A stretch of 48,785 nt of DNA, taken from positions 1 through 48,785 of the forward strand of contig JAJDXU010000234.1 of assembly GCA_022823105.1 (NCBI GenBank), read 5' to 3'. Source of the stretch: Dehalococcoidia bacterium (lineage in GTDB: Bacteria > Chloroflexota > Dehalococcoidia > Lucifugimonadales > UBA3495). The notes under the pieces were generated by a model. It saw only the letters and a list, made by a program, of their open reading frames with translations. It did not search any database and was not told where the DNA came from. This document shows positions 7,624-16,188 of the stretch, piece after piece (positions within the stretch are counted from its first letter, which is position 1; every line of letters starts with the position of its first letter). The position numbers and the translations under genes are program-made.

Positions 7624-9165
7624 ATGAAATACGACATTATCATCATCGGCGCCGGTTCCGCCGGCTGCGTCCTCGCCAACCGTTTGTCCGAGGACCCCGA
7701 CCGCTCCGTTCTGCTGCTGGAGGCTGGGCCGGACTATACGTTCGACCAACTGCCGGCCGAACTCAAGCACGACATGAACCAGGCCGCCTCCGAGCAAGGC
7801 GCGGACCACAACTGGTCATTTGTCGGCCAGTCCACGCCGCAGAATCCGCGTCCTATCCACGTCGCGCGGGGCAAGGTGACGGGTGGCAGCAGCGCCATCA
7901 ACCACCAGATCGTCATACGCGGCGCACCCGAGGACTTTGACGCCTGGGCCGCGGCCGGCAACGACGAGTGGGCATACCAGAAGACGCTGCCATACTTCCG
8001 CCGCCTGGAATCCGACGCCGACATCCACGACGACTTCCACGGGACGGACGGGCCCATACCCGTGTGGCGGCACGCCCGCGAGGACTGGCTGCCCCTGCAC
8101 GCCGCCTTCTACCAGGCCTGCCGCGACGCCGGTTTCCCCGACGACCCCGACATGAACCATCCCGACTCCACCGGCGTCGGCCAGGTGCCACTGAACAACC
8201 CAGGCGGCGTACGCATGAGCACCGCAATCACCTACCTGGACGCGTGCCGCCATCGCCTGAACCTCACCATACGCGCCAACGTTACGGTTCGCCGTGTCGT
8301 ATTCGACGATGGTTCGACAGGCTCACCCCGAGCAGTCGGAGTCGAGGTTGAGAGCGGCGGCGAGTCCTTCATCATCGACGGCGACCAGATCATCCTCGCC
8401 GCCGGCGCCATCGCATCGCCCCAACTGCTGATGCTGTCGGGCGTGGGACCCGCCGACCACCTGCGCTCCGTGGGCGTCGACCCGATCCACGACCTGCCCG
8501 GTGTGGGCCGCAGCATGAAGAACCACCCGTCGGTGTCCATCGTGTACCGCTCGCAGCCCGAAAACCACCTGCCGGCCGACGCGCCGCGCAACCAGGTCGG
8601 CCTGCGTTTCACCGCCGCCGGGTCCACCGAGCGCAACGACATCCAGGTGCAGCCCACCACGTCCTATCCCGAGAGCCGCACCGCGCCCGACATCCGCGTC
8701 GGCTGCCGCCTGGAGTACCCCTACAGTGAGGGCATCCTGACCCTCACCTCAACCGACGTCGACGTGCAGCCCCATCTCGATTTCCGGTTCCTCACCGACC
8801 CGCGCGACGTCGACCGTTTCCGCGACGCCGTGCGCCGCACCTGCGCCGTGTTCGAGCATCCCGCCTTCGCCGACCTGCTGGCCGAACGCCTCTCGCCCAC
8901 CGACGCCGACCTGGCGACCGACGACACGCTGGACGGCTGGCTCCGGCAGAACGCCGGCATCGCCGGCCACACCTCCGTGACCTGCAAGATGGGGCCGTCC
9001 TCCGACCCGCTGGCGGTGGTGGACCAATATTGCAACGTCCACGGGCTGGGCAACCTGCGCGTCATCGACGCCGCCGTCATGCCCGACATCGTCCGCGCCA
9101 ACACCAACGCCACCATCATCATGATGGCCGAGCGAGCCGCCGACTTCATCCGAGAGGGCAAGTAG
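7624..9165 (+). CDS. GMC family oxidoreductase (choline dehydrogenase-like flavoprotein)
   Basis: MKYDIIIIGAGSAGCVLANRLSEDP FAD-binding fold, GKVTGGSSAINHQ, and a C-terminal LRVIDAAVMPDIVRANTNATIIMMAERAADFI signature. Confidence 0.9.
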   Translation: MKYDIIIIGAGSAGCVLANRLSEDPDRSVLLLEAGPDYTFDQLPAELKHDMNQAASEQGADHNWSFVGQSTPQNPRPIHVARGKVTGGSSAINHQIVIRGAPEDFDAWAAAGNDEWAYQKTLPYFRRLESDADIHDDFHGTDGPIPVWRHAREDWLPLHAAFYQACRDAGFPDDPDMNHPDSTGVGQVPLNNPGGVRMSTAITYLDACRHRLNLTIRANVTVRRVVFDDGSTGSPRAVGVEVESGGESFIIDGDQIILAAGAIASPQLLMLSGVGPADHLRSVGVDPIHDLPGVGRSMKNHPSVSIVYRSQPENHLPADAPRNQVGLRFTAAGSTERNDIQVQPTTSYPESRTAPDIRVGCRLEYPYSEGILTLTSTDVDVQPHLDFRFLTDPRDVDRFRDAVRRTCAVFEHPAFADLLAERLSPTDADLATDDTLDGWLRQNAGIAGHTSVTCKMGPSSDPLAVVDQYCNVHGLGNLRVIDAAVMPDIVRANTNATIIMMAERAADFIREGK

Positions 9166-9329
9166 CCCGTAAATCCCCTCCGAAAATCCGGGCGTATCTA
9201 GCAGACACGGCGGCCTCAGAATCACCGGCAGACGCTCCAATCGCTGCTCTGGCGACCCCGCGTCATCCGGTAAAATTAACCCAAGGCCACCGTTACTCCG
9301 TGCACCGGAGAGCACGACAAGGAGGAGAG

Positions 9330-9575
9330 ATGAACTCATACCGTTGGACCAAACGCATCGGCCTCGCCGGACTCGCCTTCCTCGCGGCCATCGCCGTATT
9401 CGTGACCGCCGTGAGCATCATGGACGTGCGCGTAGCCGGCGTGTACCCCGAGGCCTTCCGCCTCACCGCCATGATGACTGCCCCATTCACCCTCGGCCTG
9501 GTGGTCGTGACCACGCTGGCAACTGCGCTGGTGGAGACGCTGCGGCGGTTTAGGCGGCGCCCGGCCGGGGCCTGA
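9330..9575 (+). CDS. small membrane protein (2 predicted TM helices)
   Basis: AAGGAGGAG RBS immediately upstream of ATG 9330. Sequence MNSYRWTKRIGLAGLAFLAAIAVFVTAV...FTLGLVVVTTLATALV. The upstream part of tracked ORF 9030.. is Arg/His junk. Confidence 0.45.
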   Translation: MNSYRWTKRIGLAGLAFLAAIAVFVTAVSIMDVRVAGVYPEAFRLTAMMTAPFTLGLVVVTTLATALVETLRRFRRRPAGA

Positions 9576-9612
9576 TGGCGGGCGGTGGCGGCCGCTACGT
9601 AGCACAAATAGG

Positions 9613-9644
9613 TGCAGGCTCCTGAGGGGGCCTGCATTATTTTA
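9613..9644 (+). terminator. intrinsic terminator-like hairpin
   Basis: TGCAGGCTCC-TGAG-GGGGCCTGCA, a 10-bp stem with one G-U pair, followed by TTATTTTAG. It lies 38 nt after the stop at 9575. By eye, G+C drops directly after it. Confidence 0.5.
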
Positions 9645-9897
9645 GTCGATCCCCTCACACGGCGGTTCCATATTTGCATTGTAACATTTTCTCTGACACT
9701 GTCGGATTACAGAGCCAATACCTTCGTACTTGGCTGCACAAACGTCCCCAACATCTCGGTGCCTGATTAGTCATGCCATCGAGTCCGCGACCAGGCCGCA
9801 ACGTTCTGAAAGAAGTGCAATAGAGGCCAATCGCAAGTTGCAGCGGAGAAATCCAAATGATATCGTGAATACTGAGCAAAAAGTGAGAGGAGATAGG

Positions 9898-10983
9898 ATG
9901 CTGACCGTGCAACAGGATAGTGAGTTCCAGGTAGACGACCTTCGGGTGGAGGACACAGAACCCACTGACGACGATGAACTCCAAGATATCCGTTACGAGA
10001 TCTCGACTTTCCCGACTGATTTTACCGTGCGGGTGATGTACGAGAAATGGAAGTCTGGGCAACTCGTCATCCCTGAATATCAGCGGCGCTACGTCTGGAG
10101 TCTACCCCAAGCTAGTCGGTTAATTGAATCGTTCCTATTGGGACTCCCGATCCCTCAAGTTTTCCTTTACCGGGAACACTCTGGTCCAGAACTCTACGTG
10201 GTCGACGGTCATCAACGACTGGCGACTATCGCTCATTTTTATGGTGGCACTTTTTCGGACGATCGCGAGTTCCGATTACGGGGTGTCGGTGCTGCCTGGG
10301 TCGACCGCACTTACGAAGAACTCAGTGAGGACGATAGATTGACCCTTGACGATGCTACATTGCGGTCCATCGTTATCCGACAGATCCAGCCCAGCGACAA
10401 CTCAAGCGTCTACCAGATTTTTGAGCGGCTAAACACCGGCGGCACCCAGCTCAATCCAATGGAGATCCGCAGGGCAATCCATCGTGGGCAAGCAAATGCT
10501 CTCCTGGATAGATTGAATGCAAACCCCGATTGGCGCATTTTGATCGGTCGAACTGAACCGGATCCTCGACTTCGCGATGTTGAAATGCTCCTTCGAGTTT
10601 TGGCCTTAGCTGATAGATGGCGAGAATACAAGAAACCCATGAAAAAATTTATCACTGACCATATGCAAATCCTCGATAAAGCGGACGAGCTTTACATTGC
10701 AGATATTGAACAGCGGTTCGCGGAAGCGTGCGGCCTGGTGAAGAATGCTTTAGGCGAAAAGCCCTTCCATCTCAGGCAAAGAATCAACTTGGCCGCTTTA
10801 GACGCAATCATGGCTTGCGCCGTTGAGCTGGGCGAACTTATGCACCGAAATCTTGCAGATGCGTATGGCGACCTCAAGAACAATTCCGTCTTTATGGAAA
10901 CGGTGACATACAACACCAGCGACGCCTCGGTCGTGCAACAACGAATGGAACTGGTCCACAATGCGGTGGGTTCGAAAATATGA
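9898..10983 (+). CDS. DUF262 domain protein (ParB/Srx-like N-terminal domain as in GmrSD/SspE); no DUF1524 nuclease domain recognised
   Basis: GGAG RBS before ATG 9898 (the tracked TTG start at 9730 adds non-coding-looking sequence). Motifs LVIPEYQRRYVWSLPQASRLIESFLLGLPIP and YVVDGHQRLATI (DGQQR-type), then FERLNTGGTQLNPMEIRRA. Confidence 0.8.
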   Translation: MLTVQQDSEFQVDDLRVEDTEPTDDDELQDIRYEISTFPTDFTVRVMYEKWKSGQLVIPEYQRRYVWSLPQASRLIESFLLGLPIPQVFLYREHSGPELYVVDGHQRLATIAHFYGGTFSDDREFRLRGVGAAWVDRTYEELSEDDRLTLDDATLRSIVIRQIQPSDNSSVYQIFERLNTGGTQLNPMEIRRAIHRGQANALLDRLNANPDWRILIGRTEPDPRLRDVEMLLRVLALADRWREYKKPMKKFITDHMQILDKADELYIADIEQRFAEACGLVKNALGEKPFHLRQRINLAALDAIMACAVELGELMHRNLADAYGDLKNNSVFMETVTYNTSDASVVQQRMELVHNAVGSKI

Positions 10984-11468
10984 CGACGATGTATCTGCCA
11001 CTTACGCAGACCGCGATTGCTGATTGTAGGGAACTAACGGTACAAAACCCGGATATTGACCCCGTCATCGGGGCATATTTAACCCGATACGTGAACGGCC
11101 TGATGTGCGCTGAAATCGAAGCTGTCGTGAGTGATCTGATCAAACGAAGATTGAAAGACGGATGTGCGGACACAGCGACGTCAAATTTTCTTTCATCAAT
11201 TGGTCGTAGCGCGATTAGGAACGCGACCGTATCTGAAATACGGGATAAGATGAAGCTATTCGGGACGGAGTATGCGAATCGATTTGATAATATTATTGAT
11301 AATGCTATTGGAGAATCGGGCCGAGAAAAACTTGGCGTGGCGGTACGTAACAGAAACGATAATGCCCATGACAAACCGGTCGATATCACGTTCAACGAGT
11401 TGGAAGAAGCATTTCAGGTTGCGACCAAAGTAGTAGACGCCGTGAGCAGCACGCTATCCAATCGCTGA
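10980..11468 (+). CDS. small all-helical protein with an Rx4H motif; putative HEPN-domain RNase
   Basis: ATGA overlap with the upstream stop (10980-10983). VAVRNRNDNAHDKP contains R-N-D-N-A-H in the C-terminal third, the expected HEPN helix-4 position. Size of 162 aa fits stand-alone HEPN proteins. Confidence 0.6.
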   Translation: MTTMYLPLTQTAIADCRELTVQNPDIDPVIGAYLTRYVNGLMCAEIEAVVSDLIKRRLKDGCADTATSNFLSSIGRSAIRNATVSEIRDKMKLFGTEYANRFDNIIDNAIGESGREKLGVAVRNRNDNAHDKPVDITFNELEEAFQVATKVVDAVSSTLSNR

Positions 11469-11502
11469 ACCGCGCCCGTGTCAAAGACCACCCGTAGCGG
11501 CA

Positions 11503-11835
11503 TCAACCGTCCATAGCGCGAACGATGTCGTCCTCGGTGAGGCCGTTGCTCTGAAACTCAGCCAGCGCGTCCTCGAATGCCATCGGCTCTGACGGTGTCA
11601 GAACCACACCGTCCGCATGCCGGCGCACCACCATGAACCCCTCAGCCAACATCCGGGATTCCATTTGATGCGGCACTGTGAATTGAGTGCCGGTCTGGGA
11701 GGAAAGCGCCCCGACGTAGGTGCAAACCAGGTACTTTAAGAACTCGTCGGCACCAATGGCACGCTCGGCGCATTGAGCCTTCAACTCGTCGTACGCCCAC
11801 TCCGGAAGATCAAAAGCCTCGACTTGAAACAACAT
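11503..11835 (-). CDS. hypothetical protein
   Basis: AGGAG lies 10 nt upstream of ATG 11835, with TACAAT (-10) at 11871-11866 on the minus strand. Sequence MLFQVEAFDLPEWAYDELKAQCAERAIGADEFLKYL... No family recognised. Confidence 0.45.
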   Translation of the reverse strand: MLFQVEAFDLPEWAYDELKAQCAERAIGADEFLKYLVCTYVGALSSQTGTQFTVPHQMESRMLAEGFMVVRRHADGVVLTPSEPMAFEDALAEFQSNGLTEDDIVRAMDG

Positions 11836-12047
11836 GGCGTCAGGTCTCCTATCGGGTCGATAGCTATTGTACATTAACGCCGATGTCGCCAATTCCATCC
11901 ATGCGGCAAGCCGACGTGACAACAAGCCCTTGACCTACCCCGCGCGGAACATGGACGCCGATATCGTCCGCGGCGACAAGCGCGTTATCGCCCGATGCCG
12001 GCGCGACGTGATCCCGCATCGACGGCCGACCCCATCAAAGTAGAAAC

Positions 12048-12078
12048 GGCAGGGGCGAAAATTGCTTTCGCCCCTGCC
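12048..12078 (-). terminator. 13-bp perfect hairpin of the GGGGCGAA...TTCGCCCC family, downstream of the BNR gene
   Basis: GGCAGGGGCGAAA-ATTGC-TTTCGCCCCTGCC, 45 nt after the stop at 12123. Same stem family as the REP hairpins at 38467, 39659 and 41417. Confidence 0.55.
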
Positions 12079-12122
12079 CGCACTTACCGTCAGAACGGCT
12101 TGTCGCGTTGCCGGTGGGTGGG

Positions 12123-13094
12123 CTAGTTGGGAACCCACACCATTGCGCCCACTTCCGTGAATTCCCGATTCATCTTCTCCCACGAGTCGCCGGCGTCGCT
12201 GCTGGAATACAGCTCACCCATCAGGCTCGACGCCAGAACGAAATCCGGATCGGCCGGGTGGGTGGCGAACTGCCAGATGTTGGAATTGGGCTCCACCGGC
12301 AGCGGCCGTCTCTCCCATGTCTGCCCGCCGTCCCTGGAACGGTGTATGGCGCCGGCGCCGCCGATGGCCGTGTCCCCAACGGCGGAGAAAAGCACGTCGG
12401 GATCGTCGGTTTTGACGGCAATCCCCCGGCTGTAAGGCAGCACGAACTGGTCGGTCGTAACCACCGATTGCCAGCTTTCGCCCATGTCGGTGGTCGCGTA
12501 AATCTCCCGGGGCGTGCTGGCGATCACCCGATTCGGCTCGCCCGGGCTGATGGTCATCCCGTGGATGTCCGGATGTACGCCGCCCTCAACGTGGGTCCAC
12601 GTATCTCCGCCGTCCAGGCTCCGGTACACGCCGTCCACCTCAACGCCGGCCCATACGGTTAGGTGGTCCTTGGGGTCCACTACCAGCATGGTCACCATCG
12701 GCGGCCCGATGTGGCATTCCTGCGCCATCTGCACCGACAGCTTGGTCCAGCTCCCGCCGCCGTCCCGCGACCGGAACAGCGCGGCCGGCTTGATCCCCAC
12801 GAAGATGGTGTCGGTGTCCTCAGGGTCGATGGCAATCGACCAGATCGGCACGCCGTCCATCGGCGACCACAGTTTCTCCCACGTGGCCCCCTTGTCCTCG
12901 CTGCGATATATCCCGTTATCCGCCCCCGCCAGGATGCGGTTTGAGTTATCGGGATACACCGCCATCGCCCGGACCTGGCTGCCCAGCGGGAACGGGTCCC
13001 TGATCCGCGTCCAGCTGTCTCCGCCGTCGGGGCTGTGCCAGACGCCGCCGCCGAACCCCGTCGCGCCTACGCAGATGCTGTAATCCTTACTCAT
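12123..13094 (-). CDS. BNR/Asp-box repeat beta-propeller protein (Ycf48/sialidase-like fold)
   Basis: Seven SxDxGxTW-type Asp boxes: SPDGGDSWTRI, SEDKGATWEKL, SRDGGGSWTKL, SLDGGDTWTHV, TTDMGESWQSV, SRDGGQTWERR, SSDAGDSWEKM. GAGGAGG lies 7 nt before ATG 13094, and the tracked start 13127 would include this RBS. Confidence 0.8.
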   Translation of the reverse strand: MSKDYSICVGATGFGGGVWHSPDGGDSWTRIRDPFPLGSQVRAMAVYPDNSNRILAGADNGIYRSEDKGATWEKLWSPMDGVPIWSIAIDPEDTDTIFVGIKPAALFRSRDGGGSWTKLSVQMAQECHIGPPMVTMLVVDPKDHLTVWAGVEVDGVYRSLDGGDTWTHVEGGVHPDIHGMTISPGEPNRVIASTPREIYATTDMGESWQSVVTTDQFVLPYSRGIAVKTDDPDVLFSAVGDTAIGGAGAIHRSRDGGQTWERRPLPVEPNSNIWQFATHPADPDFVLASSLMGELYSSSDAGDSWEKMNREFTEVGAMVWVPN

Positions 13095-13120
13095 GACAAC
13101 TGCCTCCTCACATGGTGCTT

Positions 13121-13160
13121 GCGTCACTTAGTATTTGCGTCACTTAGTATTTGCGTCACA
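13121..13160. repeat. 16-nt tandem direct repeat x2.5 (GCGTCACTTAGTATTT)
   Basis: Two perfect copies (13121-13136, 13137-13152) plus GCGTCACA. It lies 27-66 nt upstream of the BNR gene start. Confidence 0.7.
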
Positions 13161-13188
13161 TCGTCGTTGCGTCGCCGGATGTTCCCGG

Positions 13189-14214
13189 TTACCCCGGCAA
13201 CTCCGTTATCGAAATCCAGCCCGGCCCCTCGCCCAGCGAATGCGAACCCAGCCGGGTCAACTCACCCGTATCTCCGTCGACGCCGAAGATCGCCATCTGG
13301 CCTGAGTCCTGCCCCGCCGAGTAGATGAACTTGTCCTGGAGGTCCAGGCACAGCGCGTTGGGCCTCGGTTCGGACTGAACGATGCCGTTGGATGTCAACG
13401 CGCCCGTCGCACCGTCCACCGTGTAGCACGCGATGCTGTCGTGCCCGCGGTTGGGCGCGTACAGGAACCGGCCCGACGACGTGATCTGAATCTGGGAGCA
13501 GGTGTTGCGCTCCTCGAATCCCTCCGGCGGCAGGGTGGTCACGGTCTGGGCCAGCGAGAGCGTGCCGTTGGACGTGTCCAGGTTGTACGCGCTCACGCTA
13601 CACCCCTGCTCGTTGGAGAAGTACAGCACGTCCAGCGAGGGGTGGAAGCAGAAGTGCCGGGGACCCAGGAACTCCTCGGGATCCACAGTCGCCGGCGAGT
13701 TGGGCGTGATCTGTCCCGTCTCCTCGTCGAACCGGAACTGCCAGATGGAGTTGGGGCCGTTCCCAGCGATGTGGGGCACGAACGCGTAGGTGTTGGTCGG
13801 GTCGGTCTGCATGGCGTGGGCGCCCGTGGCCGTTTCCAGTTGTACGACGGGGTCTCCGCCCACCGAGCCGTCATCGCCGATGGGATGCACCGCCACCCGC
13901 GCGCCCTGGTAGTAGGACGACAGCACGAATTTGCCCCGGCGGTCGGTGGCGACGTATACGGGCCAGGCGTCCAGCGCGACGGACCCGTTCCGCGTCAGCC
14001 CTCCGTTGGCCTGGTCAATCTCGAAGCTGACCAACTGCGTGATCTCCCGGCATCCCACGTACAGGAACCGACGGTCCGGACTGATCGCCATGGTGAACGG
14101 CCCTCCGTCCACGGCCACGTCATGCTGCAGCGTCATCCCCCCGCTGTCCGGGTCGATGGTGAAAACCGAGATCTTGTTGTCTCCCTGCACGGCTACGTAC
14201 ATGTAGTAAGGCAT
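13189..14214 (-). CDS. lactonase family protein (7-bladed beta-propeller, 6-phosphogluconolactonase-like)
   Basis: MPYYMYVAVQGDNKISVFTIDPDSGGMTLQ..GGPFTMAISPDRRFLYVG..., with a repeated blade pattern. GAGGGGG RBS. Confidence 0.85.
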   Translation of the reverse strand: MPYYMYVAVQGDNKISVFTIDPDSGGMTLQHDVAVDGGPFTMAISPDRRFLYVGCREITQLVSFEIDQANGGLTRNGSVALDAWPVYVATDRRGKFVLSSYYQGARVAVHPIGDDGSVGGDPVVQLETATGAHAMQTDPTNTYAFVPHIAGNGPNSIWQFRFDEETGQITPNSPATVDPEEFLGPRHFCFHPSLDVLYFSNEQGCSVSAYNLDTSNGTLSLAQTVTTLPPEGFEERNTCSQIQITSSGRFLYAPNRGHDSIACYTVDGATGALTSNGIVQSEPRPNALCLDLQDKFIYSAGQDSGQMAIFGVDGDTGELTRLGSHSLGEGPGWISITELPG

Positions 14215-14263
14215 ATTTACCCCCTCACTCTCGAACGGCGCGACGGATGGATTCGCGTTCGCG

Positions 14264-14719
14264 TCATCCCGTGGGCGGGCCGAAGCCGGGATTGCGGGCC
14301 CACACCATGCCGTCGGGGTCGTGGGCGATCTCCACGGTGTTGCCCTTGGAGTCGCGCAGGCCCATCGGGTGCTGCACCAACTCGATCATGTTGCCGTCCG
14401 GGTCCTTGATATAGGTGGAATGGACGTTGGCATACTCACGGACGGAGGGCCGGCTGTAATCCACGCCCAGCGCGTCCAGGTTGGCGATCATCTCGTCCCA
14501 GTCGGCGATCTCCACCGCAAAGTGGCCCGACGGGCTGGGATTGGGTGTATGCGTGCTGTGAATCTCGGCATTGCCGATGCGCAACTGCAGCTGTCGGGAG
14601 TTCAGCTCGGGACCCCGGTCCAGGAACTCCGCGCCGAACACTTTCTCATACCAGTCCCGGGTTCGATCCTTGTCGCTGATCTCGATGTTGATGTGCTGAA
14701 TCATCGTAACTCTGGACAT
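14264..14719 (-). CDS. VOC family protein (glyoxalase/bleomycin resistance/dioxygenase fold)
   Basis: AAGAGGTGA RBS before ATG 14719 (tracked TTG start 14776 is upstream of it). IQHINIEISDKDRTRDWYEKVFGAE...GHFAVEIADWD...YIKDPDGNMIEL. Confidence 0.85.
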   Translation of the reverse strand: MSRVTMIQHINIEISDKDRTRDWYEKVFGAEFLDRGPELNSRQLQLRIGNAEIHSTHTPNPSPSGHFAVEIADWDEMIANLDALGVDYSRPSVREYANVHSTYIKDPDGNMIELVQHPMGLRDSKGNTVEIAHDPDGMVWARNPGFGPPTG

Positions 14720-14789
14720 GATTTCACCTCTTTGCGCTCTTGGTCGGGATATTTCTGCGGAAACGCGCCATCCCAAGTGTCTTGGCGTG

Positions 14790-14798
14790 AGTATAGCA
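14790..14798 (-). promoter_or_regulatory. extended -10 element TGCTATACT (minus strand)
   Basis: The reverse complement of AGTATAGCA is TGCTATACT, about 70 nt upstream of the VOC start. Confidence 0.4.
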
Positions 14799-15152
14799 CC
14801 ACGCGGCCATTCTCTCCCGCTGACGAACAGGCCGCGCTATTGCCCCGCACGCCTCAACCTCGCTTATGCTTGGAGAATGCGTGCAGGCGATCCCCGGTGC
14901 GGACCCTCCGCGGACCGCGTTCATAACTCTCAGCAACGGATAGCAGGATAGCTGCCTCCCGACCTGCGGCTTGGCTATTCCGAAGATGTGGGCGAGTCAC
15001 AGCTCCTGCGTTCCTGCATAAAATCCCCGCGCCAGAAGCTTGGCGACAACGCCAGGAAGTCATCGTGCATCTGTACCGAACCGAGCGTGGAATCGGCTAC
15101 CGCATGGCGCGGCCTGACCTGACCTGTAATTGCACGGTGGGGATCTTTTGAT

Positions 15153-15926
15153 TCATGGGCCCCAGGTAACTCCAAATTCCGCCCGCGACACCAACTCGCC
15201 CGTCAGCGTTTCGGCGGTCTGGCCGGCGAGCCATACCCCCGGCGCGGTCAGGGCGTCGGGCTGCACCATCGGTATGTGCGAAGTCCCCGGCCAGTCTCCG
15301 CGCCGGTTCATCCACGTGTCCACCCTGCCAGGTTCCAGCACGTTGACAGCGATGTTGTGAGGCCTGACCTCCTCGGCCAGGCTGAAAAACATGCGCTCCA
15401 GCGCGGCTTTACTCATCGAGTAGCCGACGCGGCCCTCGCGATAATTCCTGGCGGAGCCTGAGGTTACGCAGTAGATGGAGCCGCCCTCTCCCTGGGAGAT
15501 CATCGACGGCAGGGCGTACTTGCAGAGGAGCAGCGGGCCGCGCACGTTGACCGCCAGGCATTGGTCCAACAACTCGACGTCCAGGTCCACGACCGGCGAC
15601 TCGCAGTCCATTCCAGCGTTGCAGACCAGGATGTCGATGCGGCCGAAGTGGTCCAGCGTGGCGGCCACCAGGTTCTGGATGTCCTGGACATGCGCCACGT
15701 CGCAGCGCACCCCCAAGGCCGTTCCGCCGTTGGCGGTGATCTGCGCCGCCGTGTCGTGGATGTCTCCCGAACCATACGTGGCGTACTCCGTGCCCGCCGA
15801 CCTGTCGACCTCGGTGCGGGATGCCACAACCACCCTGGCTCCGGCTTCGCCCAGGCCGAGGCAGATGGCCCGCCCGATCCCGCGACTTCCGCCCGTTACA
15901 ATCGCTACTTTGCCGTCCAGTCTCAT
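15153..15926 (-). CDS. SDR family oxidoreductase
   Basis: MRLDGKVAIVTGGSRGIGRAICLGLGEAGARVVVASR is the TGxxxGIG Rossmann motif, with NAG and YSMSKAAL (YxxxK) downstream. The tracked start 16049 lies in a REP element. Confidence 0.9.
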   Translation of the reverse strand: MRLDGKVAIVTGGSRGIGRAICLGLGEAGARVVVASRTEVDRSAGTEYATYGSGDIHDTAAQITANGGTALGVRCDVAHVQDIQNLVAATLDHFGRIDILVCNAGMDCESPVVDLDVELLDQCLAVNVRGPLLLCKYALPSMISQGEGGSIYCVTSGSARNYREGRVGYSMSKAALERMFFSLAEEVRPHNIAVNVLEPGRVDTWMNRRGDWPGTSHIPMVQPDALTAPGVWLAGQTAETLTGELVSRAEFGVTWGP

Positions 15927-16041
15927 GCGCACCTGCCTGGGGTCTATCCACGTCGCCCGAGAATAAGTACCAACGCCTCGTCCGTCAAGACGCATACACG
16001 CCCACGCAGGGCGTTCGATTACCCACACGCACCGATGTAGC

Positions 16042-16069
16042 CCGCTCATGGTGAGCCTGTCGAACCACG
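16042..16069. repeat. short interspersed repeat CCGCTCATGGTGAGCCTGTCGAACCACG
   Basis: The identical 17-mer GAGCCTGTCGAACCACG is also at 5942-5958. Confidence 0.6.
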
Positions 16070-16188
16070 AGGGGGACGTGTGGCGACTTTAGAACGGCCC
16101 TAATGCCCACAACGCTTCTCATGGCGGCGATGCCTTTCGGTCGTTGCTGCCGCCTTCGTGTCCCTACACCTGGGACAGGGCCGGTCTG

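Noticed and set aside
9678-9688. ATTGTAACATT (9678-9688) versus ATTGTACATT (11866-11875) as possible att-like direct repeats flanking the DUF262/HEPN islet
   Set aside because: The match is too short and imperfect. The right-hand copy is better explained as the TACAAT -10 box of the minus-strand gene 11503-11835. No integrase or tRNA is nearby.
9730-9897. N-terminal 56-codon extension of the DUF262 ORF from a TTG start
   Set aside because: The extension has no family similarity. The internal ATG 9898 has a GGAG RBS, and the DUF262 domain begins shortly after it.
14660-14669. GGTTCGATCC T-loop-like motif (also GGGTTCGAAA near 10966) hinting at a tRNA
   Set aside because: The flanks do not form T-arm or acceptor stems, and both motifs lie inside well-supported CDSs. 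I found no tRNA in the window.
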